NCBI RefSeq assembly: GCF_025352425.1
Contig: NZ_JANXTI010000103.1
Coordinates: 20,964-84,963 of the forward strand
DNA length: 64,000 nucleotides
From: Flavobacterium sp.
Lineage (GTDB): Bacteria; Bacteroidota; Bacteroidia; Flavobacteriales; Flavobacteriaceae
Direction of reading: 5' to 3'
The notes below the pieces were generated by a model. It was not told the origin of the DNA and made no database searches. It worked only from the letters and a program-made list of their open reading frames with translations. Shown piece by piece: positions 10,277 to 21,455 of this stretch (its first letter is position 1; each line of letters opens with the position of its first letter). The position numbers and the translations under genes were made by a program.

Positions 10277-12715
10277 TTATTCTTCTTCTGTAATTTCATC
10301 AATACCTTCTTCGTTATTATCACGATAAATATTAATGCTCAGCTCTTCTTCCTTAAGCTCTTTTTTGGTTAGTTTCGTTTTGCCACCCCATTTTTCAGTC
10401 GTTAAAACTAAAGCCGGAAGAACGACCAAATTAGCAAACATCGCAAAGGTTAGCGTTACCGAAATCAATCCACCAAGGGCAATCGTTCCCCCAAAACTTG
10501 ACAACGTAAATATCGCAAAACCAAATATTAAAACCACCGAAGTATAGAATGTACTGACGCCGGTTTCATGTAATGCACTCACAACCGCTTTTTCTATTTT
10601 TCCTTTATTCTGAATTAAATCATGACGGTATTTTGCCATGAACTGAATCGCATTGTCAACAGAGATTCCAAAAGCGATGCTGAAAACCAAAATAGTTGAC
10701 GGTTTCAACGGAATTCCGAAATAACCCATCAACCCGGAAGTAATGCAGAGCGGCAGAATATTGGTCACAACCGAAGCAAAAATCATCTTCCACGAACGGA
10801 ACATATACGCCATTAAACCGGCGATAAGTAAGATGGCAAAAATTAACGACTCGACTAAATTTCCCACTAAATAGGTTGTTCCTTTTTGGAAGACCAAAGC
10901 TTTACCGGTTAAGGTTACTTCGTATCGGTCCTTTGGGAAAATAGTATTGATTTTGGTGTGTAATTTCTTTTCGATTTTTGCCATTTCTTCGGTGCCGATG
11001 TCTTTCATGAATGTTGTGATTCGGGCATATTGTCCCGTTTTATCCACATAACTTTTCATCAAATTGTCTTTGGAACCTTTGGTTGCATTTTTGGCATATG
11101 ACAGAATAAAAGCCTGTTCCTGCGACGTTGGCAAATCGTAATATTCAGGATTACCATTGTAGAATGCCTGCTTCGAATATTTTACCAGGTTCACAATGGA
11201 AACCGGTTTCGAAAGTTCGGGAATACTGTCAATGGTTTTTTGTAATTCATCCATTTTTCGCAAAGTTGACGCTTTCATCACGCCTTTTTTGCGTTTGGTA
11301 TCAATCATTATTTCTAAAGGCATTACACCGTTGAATTCCTTTTCGAAGAATAAAATATCTTTAAAAAACGAAGCGCTTTTTGGCATTTCGCCAATCAAAC
11401 TTCCGGAAACTTTCATTTGCGAAACGCCAATTAAACTGAAAATAAACAACAGTCCGTAGATGCTGTAAATTAGTTTTCGTTTGTATTTCACGTGTCTTTC
11501 CACCCAATTTAAAATAGAAGAAAGATAGTTTTTGCTTAAGTGATTTAAGTGTTTTTCTTTTGGCAAAGGCATAAAACTGTACACAATTGGCACAACCATT
11601 AAAGTCAAAAGATATACTGTTATCACGTTGATTGAAGTTACCAATCCAAACTCATAAAGCAAATCATTACCGGTAATCATAAAAGTCGCAAAACCAATTG
11701 CGGTCGTCAAATTAGTCATCAGTGTTGAAACCCCAATTTTTGAAATCACACGTTGTAAGGCTTTTGCCTGATTACGATGTGTTTTGATTTCCTGCTGGTA
11801 TTTATTGATAAGGAAAATACAATTGGTTATTCCGATTACGATGATTAATGGGGGAATAATTGCGGTTAAGATTGTGATTTTATAATGAAAAAGGCCCAGA
11901 GTTCCAAATGACCACATTACACCAACAATCAGTATACAAATTGAAATAAATGTCGCGCGATGCGAACGGAAAAACAAAAAGAAAATCAAAGAAGTGATGA
12001 ACAAAGCCGCTCCAATAAACAAACCTATTTCACCTTTCATATTCTCGGTGTTAATAGTTCGGATGTATGGCATTCCCGAAACTTTCAAGTCAATTCCGGT
12101 CGTCTTTTCAAATTTTTCAACTTCAGGAACAAGGACATTTATAATGAATTCTTTTCGAACCGGAGAGTTAACAACTTTCTTATTGATGTAAATCGCAGAG
12201 CGAATACTTCCCGTTTTTTTATTAAAAAGCAAGCCTTCATAAAAAGGCAAATCGTTAAAAAGCTGTCTTTTTATTTCTTTTAGATAGACCGGATCAGTAG
12301 TTTTTGTTTGGTCCAATAACGGCACCAATTCAAATTTTTCGAGCGTATCGTTTTTTTGTAATTTCTTTAGATCATTCAACGAAACAACCAATTCTACCTC
12401 TTGGTGTGATTTTAAATTAGTCATCAATTCGTTCCAGGCTTTGTAGGCGCTAGGTGTAAAAAAAGTGTTATCCTTAATTCCGATAACGACCAGATTTCCT
12501 TCTTCGCCAAAAATATTCAGGAACTGCGTATAATCTTTGTTGGCTTTGTGATTTTTTGGCAATAGATTGGCTTCGTTGTAAGTCATGCCAACATTCTTCC
12601 ATTGCATCGCGAGGAAAATTGTAAGCAGGACAATTCCAATACTTATAACTATCCTGTTTCTTAGAATAATTCCAGCTATAAATTCCCAAAATCCTACTTT
12701 TATTTTCTTTTTCAT
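10277..12715 (-). CDS. RND/MMPL-superfamily efflux transporter
   Basis: Two blocks of about 5-6 TM helices separated by large soluble loops. Start trimmed to ATG 12715 (MKKKIKV), which sits 19 nt behind a -7 box. Confidence 0.8.
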   Translation of the reverse strand: MKKKIKVGFWEFIAGIILRNRIVISIGIVLLTIFLAMQWKNVGMTYNEANLLPKNHKANKDYTQFLNIFGEEGNLVVIGIKDNTFFTPSAYKAWNELMTNLKSHQEVELVVSLNDLKKLQKNDTLEKFELVPLLDQTKTTDPVYLKEIKRQLFNDLPFYEGLLFNKKTGSIRSAIYINKKVVNSPVRKEFIINVLVPEVEKFEKTTGIDLKVSGMPYIRTINTENMKGEIGLFIGAALFITSLIFFLFFRSHRATFISICILIVGVMWSFGTLGLFHYKITILTAIIPPLIIVIGITNCIFLINKYQQEIKTHRNQAKALQRVISKIGVSTLMTNLTTAIGFATFMITGNDLLYEFGLVTSINVITVYLLTLMVVPIVYSFMPLPKEKHLNHLSKNYLSSILNWVERHVKYKRKLIYSIYGLLFIFSLIGVSQMKVSGSLIGEMPKSASFFKDILFFEKEFNGVMPLEIMIDTKRKKGVMKASTLRKMDELQKTIDSIPELSKPVSIVNLVKYSKQAFYNGNPEYYDLPTSQEQAFILSYAKNATKGSKDNLMKSYVDKTGQYARITTFMKDIGTEEMAKIEKKLHTKINTIFPKDRYEVTLTGKALVFQKGTTYLVGNLVESLIFAILLIAGLMAYMFRSWKMIFASVVTNILPLCITSGLMGYFGIPLKPSTILVFSIAFGISVDNAIQFMAKYRHDLIQNKGKIEKAVVSALHETGVSTFYTSVVLIFGFAIFTLSSFGGTIALGGLISVTLTFAMFANLVVLPALVLTTEKWGGKTKLTKKELKEEELSINIYRDNNEEGIDEITEEE

Positions 12716-12734
12716 TCCTGCATAAAAACGGTTG

Positions 12735-12742
12735 CAAAGGTA
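12735..12742 (-). promoter_or_regulatory. -7 box TACCTTTG for the RND transporter gene
   Basis: TAnnTTTG match 19 nt upstream of ATG 12715. It lies inside the longer tracked ORF, which argues for the shorter start. Confidence 0.4.
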
Positions 12743-12898
12743 ATTAAAACCGCTAAAAAAGGAAGTGTTTTTAAAAAGATTTCTATTATTTATAACCGAT
12801 TCAAGACCGAACTTTAAATAATTGTTAACTGCCAAAAAAAAAGGGAAAAAATAAATTGTTTTTTAGCATCTTTGTATGCATAACGTCACAATTTCTGA

Positions 12899-15169
12899 AT
12901 GAGAAACTTAAAAAATACTTTATTCTATCTGATCATTATTGGTGGTTTTACTTGGTTAATGTATTGGATTGTCGAACAAGGAAAATTGCTGGAAGTTGGG
13001 AGAACAATTGTTTCTCCATCATCGGCGGACAGCCAATGGGCACAGTTCTTATCTTCGCTCTATCATAATTTACAGCATCCGCTAGCGTTATTACTTTTTC
13101 AGATCATTACCATTGTTTTGGTTGCCCGGATTTTTGGATGGATTTTCAGAAAGATTGGCCAGCCTTCCGTAATTGGTGAAATCATCGCCGGAATTGTACT
13201 CGGGCCATCGCTTTTTGGTTTGTATTTTCCCGACATGAAAGAAGCTTTGTTCCCTGTGGATTCGCTTGGAAATCTTCAATTGCTAAGCCAGATTGGATTA
13301 ATACTTTTTATGTTCGTTATCGGAATGGAGCTTGACTTAAAAGTCTTAAAAAATAAAGCTAACGAAGCTGTAGTAATAAGTCATGCGAGCATTGTAATTC
13401 CCTTTGCGCTGGGAATAGGACTTGCCTATTATATCTACCACGAATTTGCTCCGCCGGGAATAGAATTTTTATCGTTTAGTTTGTTTTTGGGAATCGCCAT
13501 GAGTATCACGGCGTTTCCGGTTTTGGCCCGAATTGTTCAGGAACGAGGTATCCACAAAACCAGATTAGGAACTATTGTAATTACGTGTGCTGCCGCTGAC
13601 GATATTACTGCATGGTGTATTTTAGCAGTGGTTATTGCTATAGTGAAGGCGGGAAGCTTCATTAGTTCCTTATATGTTATTGGGTTAGCGCTGATTTACG
13701 TTTTGGCTATGCTTTTTATTGTTAAGCCATTCTTGAAGCGGGTGGGAGATCTATATGCCAAGAAAAATAACATCAAAAAGTCGGTTGTTGCTATTTTCCT
13801 TTTAACCTTAATCATTTCTTCTTATGTGAGTGAAATTATTGGCATTCATGCTCTATTTGGAGCGTTTATGATGGGAGCAATAATGCCCGACATAACTAAA
13901 TTCAGAAATATATTTATTGAAAAAATAGAGGATGTTTCCGTGATTTTATTATTGCCACTCTTCTTTGTTTTCACGGGATTGCGAACGGAAATTGGCTTAA
14001 TCAATGAGCCTTATTTGTGGAAAATAACGGGATATATTATCCTGGTTGCCGTAGTAGGGAAATTTTTCGGAAGCGCCTTGGCTGCTAAATTTGTGGGACA
14101 AAGTTGGCGCGACAGTTTGACTATTGGCGCCTTAATGAACACGCGCGGTTTAATGGAATTAGTAGTGCTAAACATCGGTTACGAATTAGGTGTGCTTTCG
14201 CCAAAAGTATTTACCATGATGGTAATCATGGCTTTGGTCACTACTTTTATGACTGGACCCGCATTGGATATCATTAATTTTATTTTTAAGACAAAAAATA
14301 CCATTATTCCTGCTGAAGTTAAAAAAAGCTCCGACTTTAATATTCTTATTTCATTTGGTAACAACGAAAAAGGAAAATCATTACTTCGTTTAGCAAACAG
14401 TCTTACCAAGAAACAGCCCGATACCGCCAATGTAACAGCAATGCATTTAACGATAAGTGATGAGATGCATTCCTATAATCTGGAAGAATACGAACGACAA
14501 ACTTTCAAACCTATCCTGGAGGAATCTAAAAAACTCAAACAGGAAATTACGACTATTTTTAAAGCGACCGGTGATATAGAAACCGATATTGCTAATATTG
14601 CCAAACAAGGAAAATATGATTTAGTATTGGTAGGTTTAGGAAAATCTATTTTTGAGGGAACTCTCTTGGGGAAAGTGCTCGGCTTTACTACACGAATTAT
14701 CAACCCAGACAGATTACTGGATAAATTTAAAGGAAAAGAAGGGTTGTTTGAGAATTCACCTTTTGATGATAGGACACGTTTGATTATTTCCAAAACCAAG
14801 ACACCATTGGGAGTTTTCATTGATAAGGACATACACGACATAAAAAAAGTATTTGTTGGGATTTTTAGCGTTGGCGATGTTTTTTTGATTGATTATGCAC
14901 AAAAATTGATTTACAATAACGAATCTCATGTGACGCTTTTGGACAACAACGAACATACCAAAAACAATTTTATCGTAGAAAATGCTTTGTCAGCAGTGCA
15001 ACAAAATTATCAGGATAATATCGAGGTAATTCATCCTGACCAACTCAACAAGCCTTTTTTACTACAGCAGGATTTGATAATTTTTAGCTTAGAAACCTGG
15101 AAAAAACTAATCGAAGATGAAGTTTCGTGGCTAACAGATATTCCTTCGGTCTTGATTATTAAGCCTTAA
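12899..15169 (+). CDS. cation:proton antiporter (CPA2/Kef-type) with large C-terminal cytoplasmic domain
   Basis: N-terminal membrane domain of about 420 aa with Na+/H+ exchanger-like helices. C-terminal soluble region of about 330 aa. Confidence 0.85.
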   Translation: MRNLKNTLFYLIIIGGFTWLMYWIVEQGKLLEVGRTIVSPSSADSQWAQFLSSLYHNLQHPLALLLFQIITIVLVARIFGWIFRKIGQPSVIGEIIAGIVLGPSLFGLYFPDMKEALFPVDSLGNLQLLSQIGLILFMFVIGMELDLKVLKNKANEAVVISHASIVIPFALGIGLAYYIYHEFAPPGIEFLSFSLFLGIAMSITAFPVLARIVQERGIHKTRLGTIVITCAAADDITAWCILAVVIAIVKAGSFISSLYVIGLALIYVLAMLFIVKPFLKRVGDLYAKKNNIKKSVVAIFLLTLIISSYVSEIIGIHALFGAFMMGAIMPDITKFRNIFIEKIEDVSVILLLPLFFVFTGLRTEIGLINEPYLWKITGYIILVAVVGKFFGSALAAKFVGQSWRDSLTIGALMNTRGLMELVVLNIGYELGVLSPKVFTMMVIMALVTTFMTGPALDIINFIFKTKNTIIPAEVKKSSDFNILISFGNNEKGKSLLRLANSLTKKQPDTANVTAMHLTISDEMHSYNLEEYERQTFKPILEESKKLKQEITTIFKATGDIETDIANIAKQGKYDLVLVGLGKSIFEGTLLGKVLGFTTRIINPDRLLDKFKGKEGLFENSPFDDRTRLIISKTKTPLGVFIDKDIHDIKKVFVGIFSVGDVFLIDYAQKLIYNNESHVTLLDNNEHTKNNFIVENALSAVQQNYQDNIEVIHPDQLNKPFLLQQDLIIFSLETWKKLIEDEVSWLTDIPSVLIIKP

Positions 15170-17656
15170 TTAAAACCCTAAATCAAGTACAAAACTCAAT
15201 TTTACAGCTAAATTATCTTCAAATCGAGGCAATTGGTTTGGGCCATATCTGTAAAATCCCGTCAATCCAAAACCTTTATATATTTGATTCAATTCAATAC
15301 CTGATTCAAAAAAACCTTTTACTAAAGTTTTGTATTCAATACCAAGATGTCGCTCGGGATGTTGCAGATTTCCCCAAGCCATCCGCGTGACCAAAACAAG
15401 TGATGGCTTCACTTTTTTGAACAATTCTATTCTTTTAAAACCATGTTTGAATTGTAGCATGACAAATTCGCTCGAAAAGAACTCATTGAAATACATCGTT
15501 TCAAAACTGTTTTTCCCGGCAATAGTGATTCTTTGCAAAAGTTTGTCCTTAGTTAAATTATTGGGAGAAGTATTATACAAATGTGTCAATGGCAATGCAC
15601 CAAAAGCATATCCGGCCTGAAGTAATACTGCCGATTTCTGCCCGTTTAGATATTTTTTTTCATACTCAATCCGGGCATCAACTTTTCCAAAATCAAAATC
15701 ATTAGCAAGGAAATTCGGTAAGGATTTTGTAAACTGAAAAGTGAATTTTGGATACCGTTTTTCAAATTCTATTTTGCCATTTGGCGTTTGCATTAAATCG
15801 CTAAAAGGATTCCATTGTATTGAAAACATAGCGGTTGACATCGTAAAATCACGATACAAATGGCTGTCATAATTGAATGTGTAATTAAACAACGGACTTA
15901 TTTCGCTATGCGAAAATTGCCAAATTGATTCTGTTTTTGGGATGATTTTGGTTTCAATATATCCGCGCCAGGTTTTGTGATTATAAAAAGTACTAATGTT
16001 GATTGGCCTTGGATCATAGAGTTTAAAGATTCTTTTATCCGTAGCAAAACTGGTACTCGCTATTTCCCGCACGTCATCAGTATACGAACCGCCAATCCAC
16101 GTATTGGAGAAATTACCAATCCTAACTGCAGTTCCTAAATTATATTTGATAGTTTGGTCTTTCAAGCCATAGGCAGTATAGCCTTCAAAACGAAGCTTTT
16201 TGGAAAAAGAATCATTGGTAATTCCGCCAATCCCGATGCGAAATCCTTCAAAATTATTATAACTCAAAAGATAACGCAAATCCAAATCAATCGGGCCAAA
16301 CGGCACATAACCATTAATTATTTTTCTTCCATATTTGATTTTTTTCTCGATATTTCTTTTTGTTACGATACTATCCAGAGTTATATAAGTGCGTTCGCTT
16401 CGCCTGTCTAGACTATCGGTTCGGTTTTGTTTCCAAAATGTATCATCTCGTTTGTTGGCATTGTTCTTAACTTCGATGGCAACGAAAGATTTTTTGATTT
16501 TCAGATTGGTGTTTAATGCTAAATCAAAAACATCCATTTCTGATGAAACATAAGTAAAATCAGAGGCAGCCTTTTTTGAATTAGTGTCATCATTTTCGGC
16601 AGCAAACTCAATTCGTCCGCCCAAAATTTTGGTAGGTTCCTTACTTTTTCCTTTAACTATTTTAAAGTTTTTCCGAATAGGGAACCAAATTTTCTCTTCA
16701 GTCAAATAAGTAAATTCGTGAATTCCTGTAATGTCCAAAACACCCCGAATCCGCATCACAGCTTTAGTAATAGCATGATTTTCTTTGTCAATATAAAGCA
16801 ATCCCTCAAGCCCTTTTCTGCTGATTTTATTTTTGAAATAAATCACAATTACATCACGCTTTTCAATGGTAATAGTATCAAGTACCTTATAGCGATATTC
16901 TTTCAATGCATTGTTAGAAATCGGGCTTTTGTATTTGGTTTCAAAAAGTTCGTAGTTATTATCGTAAACCGAAAACGATTGCAGACTTAATCCCAGAAAC
17001 TCATAAATAGGTTCCTTAAAACCTGCCATTTTAGTACCCAAAATAGTTTCTTTCAGAACTGGTTTTTCAAATTGAAATTGGGATACTTTTTCGGTCAGAA
17101 ACAAATGTTGTTTGTCAACAATCTTCTTAAATTTATAATTAGCCGAATCTATTTTCTTGATTTGGACTTTGGTAACCGAATTCACAAACGTGGTGTCAAT
17201 TTTTCCGGAAATAGAATCCGGATTGGCCGTTACGAGTAATTTGGTATACGATTTAAATTGGAAGCTATGCAGTTTTTTTTGTGGATTGTTGTTTTGCTTT
17301 TCTTGAATTACTTTGGTAATAATGGCATTGGCCGGATTAACATTTGAAATGGTTACTTCCTTTAAAGCATCAACTTTGGCCAAAAGATACAATGTAAAAA
17401 AAGTTTTTATTTCAAATAGTGAGATTTTTTTTGATTCATAACCAACATAGGAAACCGTCAAAGACTCAGGTTGAGAAGTCAAAATAAAATTAAATTCCCC
17501 ATCAACATCGGCAATAGTTGAAAGGCCATTTTCGGTAGTAATTGTCGCAAATGGCAGCGCTTTTTTGGTTTGTGAATCTTTTATAATCCCATTGACCTGA
17601 AATTGTGCCTGAAGCGTCAGCGTGAAGAATAAAAACAGTATAAATAATCGCTTCAT
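15170..17656 (-). CDS. carboxypeptidase-regulatory-like domain / DUF5686-type outer membrane protein
   Basis: Signal peptide, then N-terminal GIIKDSQTKKALPFATI CarboxypepD_reg-like fold, then a long beta-rich C-terminus ending in F. Confidence 0.65.
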   Translation of the reverse strand: MKRLFILFLFFTLTLQAQFQVNGIIKDSQTKKALPFATITTENGLSTIADVDGEFNFILTSQPESLTVSYVGYESKKISLFEIKTFFTLYLLAKVDALKEVTISNVNPANAIITKVIQEKQNNNPQKKLHSFQFKSYTKLLVTANPDSISGKIDTTFVNSVTKVQIKKIDSANYKFKKIVDKQHLFLTEKVSQFQFEKPVLKETILGTKMAGFKEPIYEFLGLSLQSFSVYDNNYELFETKYKSPISNNALKEYRYKVLDTITIEKRDVIVIYFKNKISRKGLEGLLYIDKENHAITKAVMRIRGVLDITGIHEFTYLTEEKIWFPIRKNFKIVKGKSKEPTKILGGRIEFAAENDDTNSKKAASDFTYVSSEMDVFDLALNTNLKIKKSFVAIEVKNNANKRDDTFWKQNRTDSLDRRSERTYITLDSIVTKRNIEKKIKYGRKIINGYVPFGPIDLDLRYLLSYNNFEGFRIGIGGITNDSFSKKLRFEGYTAYGLKDQTIKYNLGTAVRIGNFSNTWIGGSYTDDVREIASTSFATDKRIFKLYDPRPINISTFYNHKTWRGYIETKIIPKTESIWQFSHSEISPLFNYTFNYDSHLYRDFTMSTAMFSIQWNPFSDLMQTPNGKIEFEKRYPKFTFQFTKSLPNFLANDFDFGKVDARIEYEKKYLNGQKSAVLLQAGYAFGALPLTHLYNTSPNNLTKDKLLQRITIAGKNSFETMYFNEFFSSEFVMLQFKHGFKRIELFKKVKPSLVLVTRMAWGNLQHPERHLGIEYKTLVKGFFESGIELNQIYKGFGLTGFYRYGPNQLPRFEDNLAVKLSFVLDLGF

Positions 17657-17696
17657 TTGAAAGTAATTGGCACAAAATATTTAACAAAAATAGCAA

Positions 17697-17740
17697 TAAA
17701 AAAATCCGCCTCGTCAAATTTTATTTTAACGTGACGGATT
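17697..17740 (-). terminator. possible terminator after frr
   Basis: Imperfect stem AATCCG...CGGATT followed on the minus strand by a T-run. Weak. Confidence 0.3.
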
Positions 17741-17759
17741 TAATGTTGAATTAACAGCC

Positions 17760-18320
17760 TTACACTTTCATGATTTCTGCTTCTTTGATTGCCAGATGTT
17801 CATCGACCTTCCGGATAAAACCATCTGTTATTTTTTGGATTTCGTCTTCCGCCGTTTTGCAAATATCTTCCGAGGTACCTTCTTTTTCTAATTTCTTGAT
17901 TTCAGTATTGGCATCTTTTCGGGCATTTCTGATACTGATTTTCGCATCTTCCGACTCTGCTTTTGCCTGTTTTGCTAAATCACGTCTTCTTTCTTCTGTC
18001 AAGGCAGGTACATTGATGATAATCATATCCCCATTGTTCATAGGGTTAAAACCAATATTGGCTACCATAATTGCTTTTTCTATGGCTTGTAACAAGCTTT
18101 TTTCATAAGGTTGAATTGTAATCGTTCGCGCATCAGGAATATTCACATTTGACACTTGAGTTAGTGGCGTTTGAGAACCGTAATAATCTACAAATACACT
18201 TCCCAACATTTGTGGTGATGCTTTGCCTGCACGTATATTTAAAAATTCTTTTTCTAAATGTGCAATAGAACCAATCATCGATTCTTTTGTACTGTCTAAA
18301 ATAAATTCAATTTCTTCCAT
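17760..18320 (-). CDS. frr: ribosome recycling factor
   Basis: Full-length RRF-like sequence (NIRAGKASP, LTEERRRDL). Confidence 0.95.
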   Translation of the reverse strand: MEEIEFILDSTKESMIGSIAHLEKEFLNIRAGKASPQMLGSVFVDYYGSQTPLTQVSNVNIPDARTITIQPYEKSLLQAIEKAIMVANIGFNPMNNGDMIIINVPALTEERRRDLAKQAKAESEDAKISIRNARKDANTEIKKLEKEGTSEDICKTAEDEIQKITDGFIRKVDEHLAIKEAEIMKV

Positions 18321-18326
18321 TTTTAA

Positions 18327-19034
18327 TTAGATTTTTACAACCGTTCCGACATTTTCTCCATTGCAGATTTTCAATAGATTTCCTTTTTTATTCATATCAA
18401 AAACTACAATTGGCAAAGCATTTTCCTGACTTAAAGTAAATGCTGTAGAATCCATTACGTTCAATCCTTTTTTAATAACATCATCAAAAGTAATAGTATC
18501 GAATTTTATGGCATTTGCATTTTTTTCAGGATCGGAATCATAAATTCCATCAACGCGAGTCCCTTTCAAAATTACGTCAGCATGCACTTCTACACCACGA
18601 AGAACCGCAGCCGTATCTGTAGTGAAATAAGGGTTTCCGGTTCCGGCACCAAAAATAACGATTCTTCCTTTTTCAAGGTGACGCACCGCTCTCCTTTTGA
18701 TATAAGGTTCTGCAATAGCTTCAATTTTCAAAGCCGTTTGCAGCCTCGTCAACATTCCTTTATCTTCCAGTGCGCCTTGTAAAGCCATTCCGTTGATAAC
18801 CGTTGCCAGCATTCCCATATAATCACCCTGAACTCTGTCCATACCATTACTTGCTCCGGCAATTCCCCTAAAAATATTTCCACCACCAATAACAATGGCA
18901 ATTTCTACACCTTTACTATGAATTTCCTTAATTTCATCAGCATATTCCGCAAGACGTTTTGGGTCAATCCCATATTGTCTTTCGCCCATTAAAGCTTCAC
19001 CGCTAAGTTTTAAAAGAATTCGTTTGTATTTCAT
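18327..19034 (-). CDS. pyrH: UMP kinase
   Basis: [25 protein letters not shown] motifs. Confidence 0.95.
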   Translation of the reverse strand: MKYKRILLKLSGEALMGERQYGIDPKRLAEYADEIKEIHSKGVEIAIVIGGGNIFRGIAGASNGMDRVQGDYMGMLATVINGMALQGALEDKGMLTRLQTALKIEAIAEPYIKRRAVRHLEKGRIVIFGAGTGNPYFTTDTAAVLRGVEVHADVILKGTRVDGIYDSDPEKNANAIKFDTITFDDVIKKGLNVMDSTAFTLSQENALPIVVFDMNKKGNLLKICNGENVGTVVKI

Positions 19035-19053
19035 TATGCTATTTTTAGTGATG

Positions 19054-19061
19054 CAAATATA
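19054..19061 (-). promoter_or_regulatory. -7 box TATATTTG for pyrH-frr
   Basis: TAnnTTTG match 19 nt upstream of the start. Shares the extended context GATGCAAATATAAA with the asnS box. Confidence 0.45.
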
Positions 19062-19113
19062 AACATATTCTGTTTTTATTGATAAAAGATAAAAAAGGAT
19101 TTACACATAAGGA

Positions 19114-19668
19114 TTAATGTATCCTGAATGTCAGACCAACACAAAAGCTCCCTATTGTTTCAGCGGTGTTTTTGCTAAAACCGTATTGGCAAAGCTCCAC
19201 ATACAAACCTAAACCAGTATCAGTATCTTCTGCTCCGATGCTTATTTTTTTGAAATAACCTGAATCATTTTTACCAAAAGCAAACGCTCTTCCAAATCCG
19301 GGCTCGATAAAAATGCGCGTATCAGATTCAACTTTTGGACATATTTTAAGTGTTGCAAATACAGGCGCAACTACGAGGCATTTACTTCCCTTCCAATCAA
19401 TTCCGAGATTCGCGCCAATATTGATCCAGTCAAGTGGCTTTACGCCAAAACCAATTCGTGCACTGATTCCGTCAGGTAAAAACCAATATTCTTTTTCACC
19501 CGTGTATGTATCAATTTCACCAGCATGTTGGTTGGCTTTTATGGGAAATGAAAGGTCACACTTTACATAAGTAAGACTTGTTTTTTCTATATCGCCATCT
19601 TTTGGCACTTCCTGAGAATAACCAAAACAACAAAACAACAAGACAGATAACGAAACATTAATTTTCAT
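19114..19668 (-). CDS. secreted/outer-membrane hypothetical protein
   Basis: Start trimmed to MKINVSLSVLLF (signal peptide). Beta-rich. Overlaps the truB 3' end by 11 nt. Confidence 0.5.
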   Translation of the reverse strand: MKINVSLSVLLFCCFGYSQEVPKDGDIEKTSLTYVKCDLSFPIKANQHAGEIDTYTGEKEYWFLPDGISARIGFGVKPLDWINIGANLGIDWKGSKCLVVAPVFATLKICPKVESDTRIFIEPGFGRAFAFGKNDSGYFKKISIGAEDTDTGLGLYVELCQYGFSKNTAETIGSFCVGLTFRIH

Positions 19669-20359
19669 AATTTTGAAACTGTTTCTCAAATTCTTCCGGA
19701 GAAAAGCCATTTTCTACTAAATAATCTCCGATTTTTGTCCGGCGCAGCGCCGATAAATGCGCTCCCGAATTTAGTGCTTTTCCAAAGTCATATGCAAGTG
19801 AACGAATATAAGTTCCCTTGCTGCAAACGACTCTGAATTCAACTTCAGGCAAATCAAATTTAGTGATTTCGAATTCATGTATGGTAGTTTTTCTAAACGC
19901 AATCTCAACTTCTGAACCTTCGCGTGCATGCTCGTACAATCGTTTTCCATCTTTTTTTATGGCTGAAAAAACAGGTGGTTTTTGGTCAATTTCGCCAATG
20001 AATTGTTTTACAGTTTCCTGAATTAATTCTGCTGTAATGTGTTCCGTTGGAAAAGTGGCATCAACTTCTGTTTCTAAATCATACGAAGGCGTTGTAGCAC
20101 CAACTGTAATTGTTCCGGTATATTCTTTGGCCTGACCTTGAATTTCTGTTATTCGTTTGGTGAATTTACCAGTGCATACAATCAACAAACCTGTAGCTAA
20201 TGGATCTAAAGTGCCGGCGTGGCCAATTTTAAATTTTTTGGGAAGATTGTATTGGCGTTTTAAAATGTATTTCAGTTTATTCACTGCCTGAAATGAAGAC
20301 CACTTCAAAGGTTTGTCAACCAAAAGGATTTGACCTTCTAAAAAGTCTTCCGCAGTCAT
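19658..20359 (-). CDS. truB: tRNA pseudouridine(55) synthase
   Basis: GHAGTLDPLATG catalytic Asp motif. Confidence 0.9.
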   Translation of the reverse strand: MTAEDFLEGQILLVDKPLKWSSFQAVNKLKYILKRQYNLPKKFKIGHAGTLDPLATGLLIVCTGKFTKRITEIQGQAKEYTGTITVGATTPSYDLETEVDATFPTEHITAELIQETVKQFIGEIDQKPPVFSAIKKDGKRLYEHAREGSEVEIAFRKTTIHEFEITKFDLPEVEFRVVCSKGTYIRSLAYDFGKALNSGAHLSALRRTKIGDYLVENGFSPEEFEKQFQNYEN

Positions 20360-21156
20360 TAGATTGTCGTTAATTTTAAGATGCAGAAATGGATAATCAG
20401 TATTGCTAATCCCGCGAAAATCCGGTAATAACCAAACATCTTAAAGCCGTGTTTTGATAAATAGCCAATAAACGATTTGATAGCTAACATCGCTACGATA
20501 AAAGCGATAACATTTCCAATAATCAAAAAGTTAATCTGGTCGTGCGATAATACAAATCCATCCTTATAATAATCGTAGCATTTCTTAACCGTAGCACCAA
20601 GCATTGTTGGCACTGCCAGGAAAAATGAAAATTCAGCGGCTGTTTTTCTCGATAATTTTTGAGACATTCCCCCAATGATGCTCGCGCCGCTTCGGGAAAC
20701 TCCGGGAATCATAGCTAAACATTGGAACAAACCAATTTTTAAGGCGGTCAGATAACTTATTTCGTCTGTGGTTTGGGCTTCTTCTTTATTGGTAAACCAA
20801 TCATCGACTTTAAGTAAAATGATTCCGCCTAATACTAATGAAACAGCAACCGTAATTGGATTTTCCAGCAATGCATCAATCTTTTTGCTGAAAAGCAGAC
20901 CAAAAACTACCGCAGGAATAAAGGCAACAATCAATTTGAAGTAAAAATCAAGCGTTTGAAAAAAGCGTTTGAAATACAAAACAACCACCGAAAGTATAGC
21001 ACCAAGCTGAATAACGACAGTAAATAATTTGGTAAAATCCTCATGGGCAATTCCAAAAAAAGACGAAGCAATTATCATGTGGCCTGTTGAAGAAATTGGG
21101 AGAAATTCGGTAATTCCTTCTATGATGGCAAGTACAATAGCCTGTAGATAATCCAT
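20359..21156 (-). CDS. uppP: undecaprenyl-diphosphate phosphatase
   Basis: BacA family membrane protein with [10 protein letters not shown] and GVSRSGASI motifs. Shares 1 nt with truB. Confidence 0.9.
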   Translation of the reverse strand: MDYLQAIVLAIIEGITEFLPISSTGHMIIASSFFGIAHEDFTKLFTVVIQLGAILSVVVLYFKRFFQTLDFYFKLIVAFIPAVVFGLLFSKKIDALLENPITVAVSLVLGGIILLKVDDWFTNKEEAQTTDEISYLTALKIGLFQCLAMIPGVSRSGASIIGGMSQKLSRKTAAEFSFFLAVPTMLGATVKKCYDYYKDGFVLSHDQINFLIIGNVIAFIVAMLAIKSFIGYLSKHGFKMFGYYRIFAGLAILIIHFCILKLTTI

Positions 21157-21401
21157 TATTTAGCGTTAGTTTTTTTAAATATCGAATAAATCGTAATCCC
21201 AAAACCAATCAAAACAACCGTTGGTGCCAAACGGATTCTCCTAAAACTGAATAATGTTTCTTCGTTAAAAACCGTTGGGTCATCACTACCGCCGCCACTC
21301 ATCAAAATAAACCCTAAAGCGATAACTGCAATTCCAATAAACAGAAATTTATAGTTTGCCTTTTCAAAAAGAAAATCAGGTTTTTGCTCGTTGTTTTTCA
21401 T
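21156..21401 (-). CDS. small two-TM membrane protein (DUF3098-like)
   Basis: 81 aa with two hydrophobic helices. Occupies the conserved position between ftsX and uppP. Confidence 0.6.
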   Translation of the reverse strand: MKNNEQKPDFLFEKANYKFLFIGIAVIALGFILMSGGGSDDPTVFNEETLFSFRRIRLAPTVVLIGFGITIYSIFKKTNAK

Positions 21402-21402
21402 A

Positions 21403-21423
21403 TGTCTATTGTCTATTTCTATT
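21403..21423. repeat. micro-tandem repeat TGTCTAT x2 (+TTCTATT) abutting the DUF3098 start codon
   Basis: Seen directly. Begins 2 nt from the start codon. Confidence 0.75.
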
Positions 21424-21425
21424 TT

Positions 21426-21450
21426 GTCACCCTGAGCGCAGTCGAAGGGC
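21426..21450. repeat. REP-like element, family A (GTCACCCTGAGCGCAGTCGAAGGGC)
   Basis: GC-rich 25-mer in the AT-rich ftsX/DUF3098 spacer. A near-identical copy lies at 24360..24385. Confidence 0.75.
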
Positions 21451-21455
21451 TCTTA

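Noticed and set aside
17669-17690. TTGGCAC-N5 sequence as a possible sigma-54 (-24/-12) promoter, given that rpoN is in the window
   Set aside because: The -12 element reads ATTT instead of TTGC, and the orientation would drive antisense transcription into frr. The other TGGCAC hits (2755, 19603, 37282) also lack a TTGC at the correct spacing.
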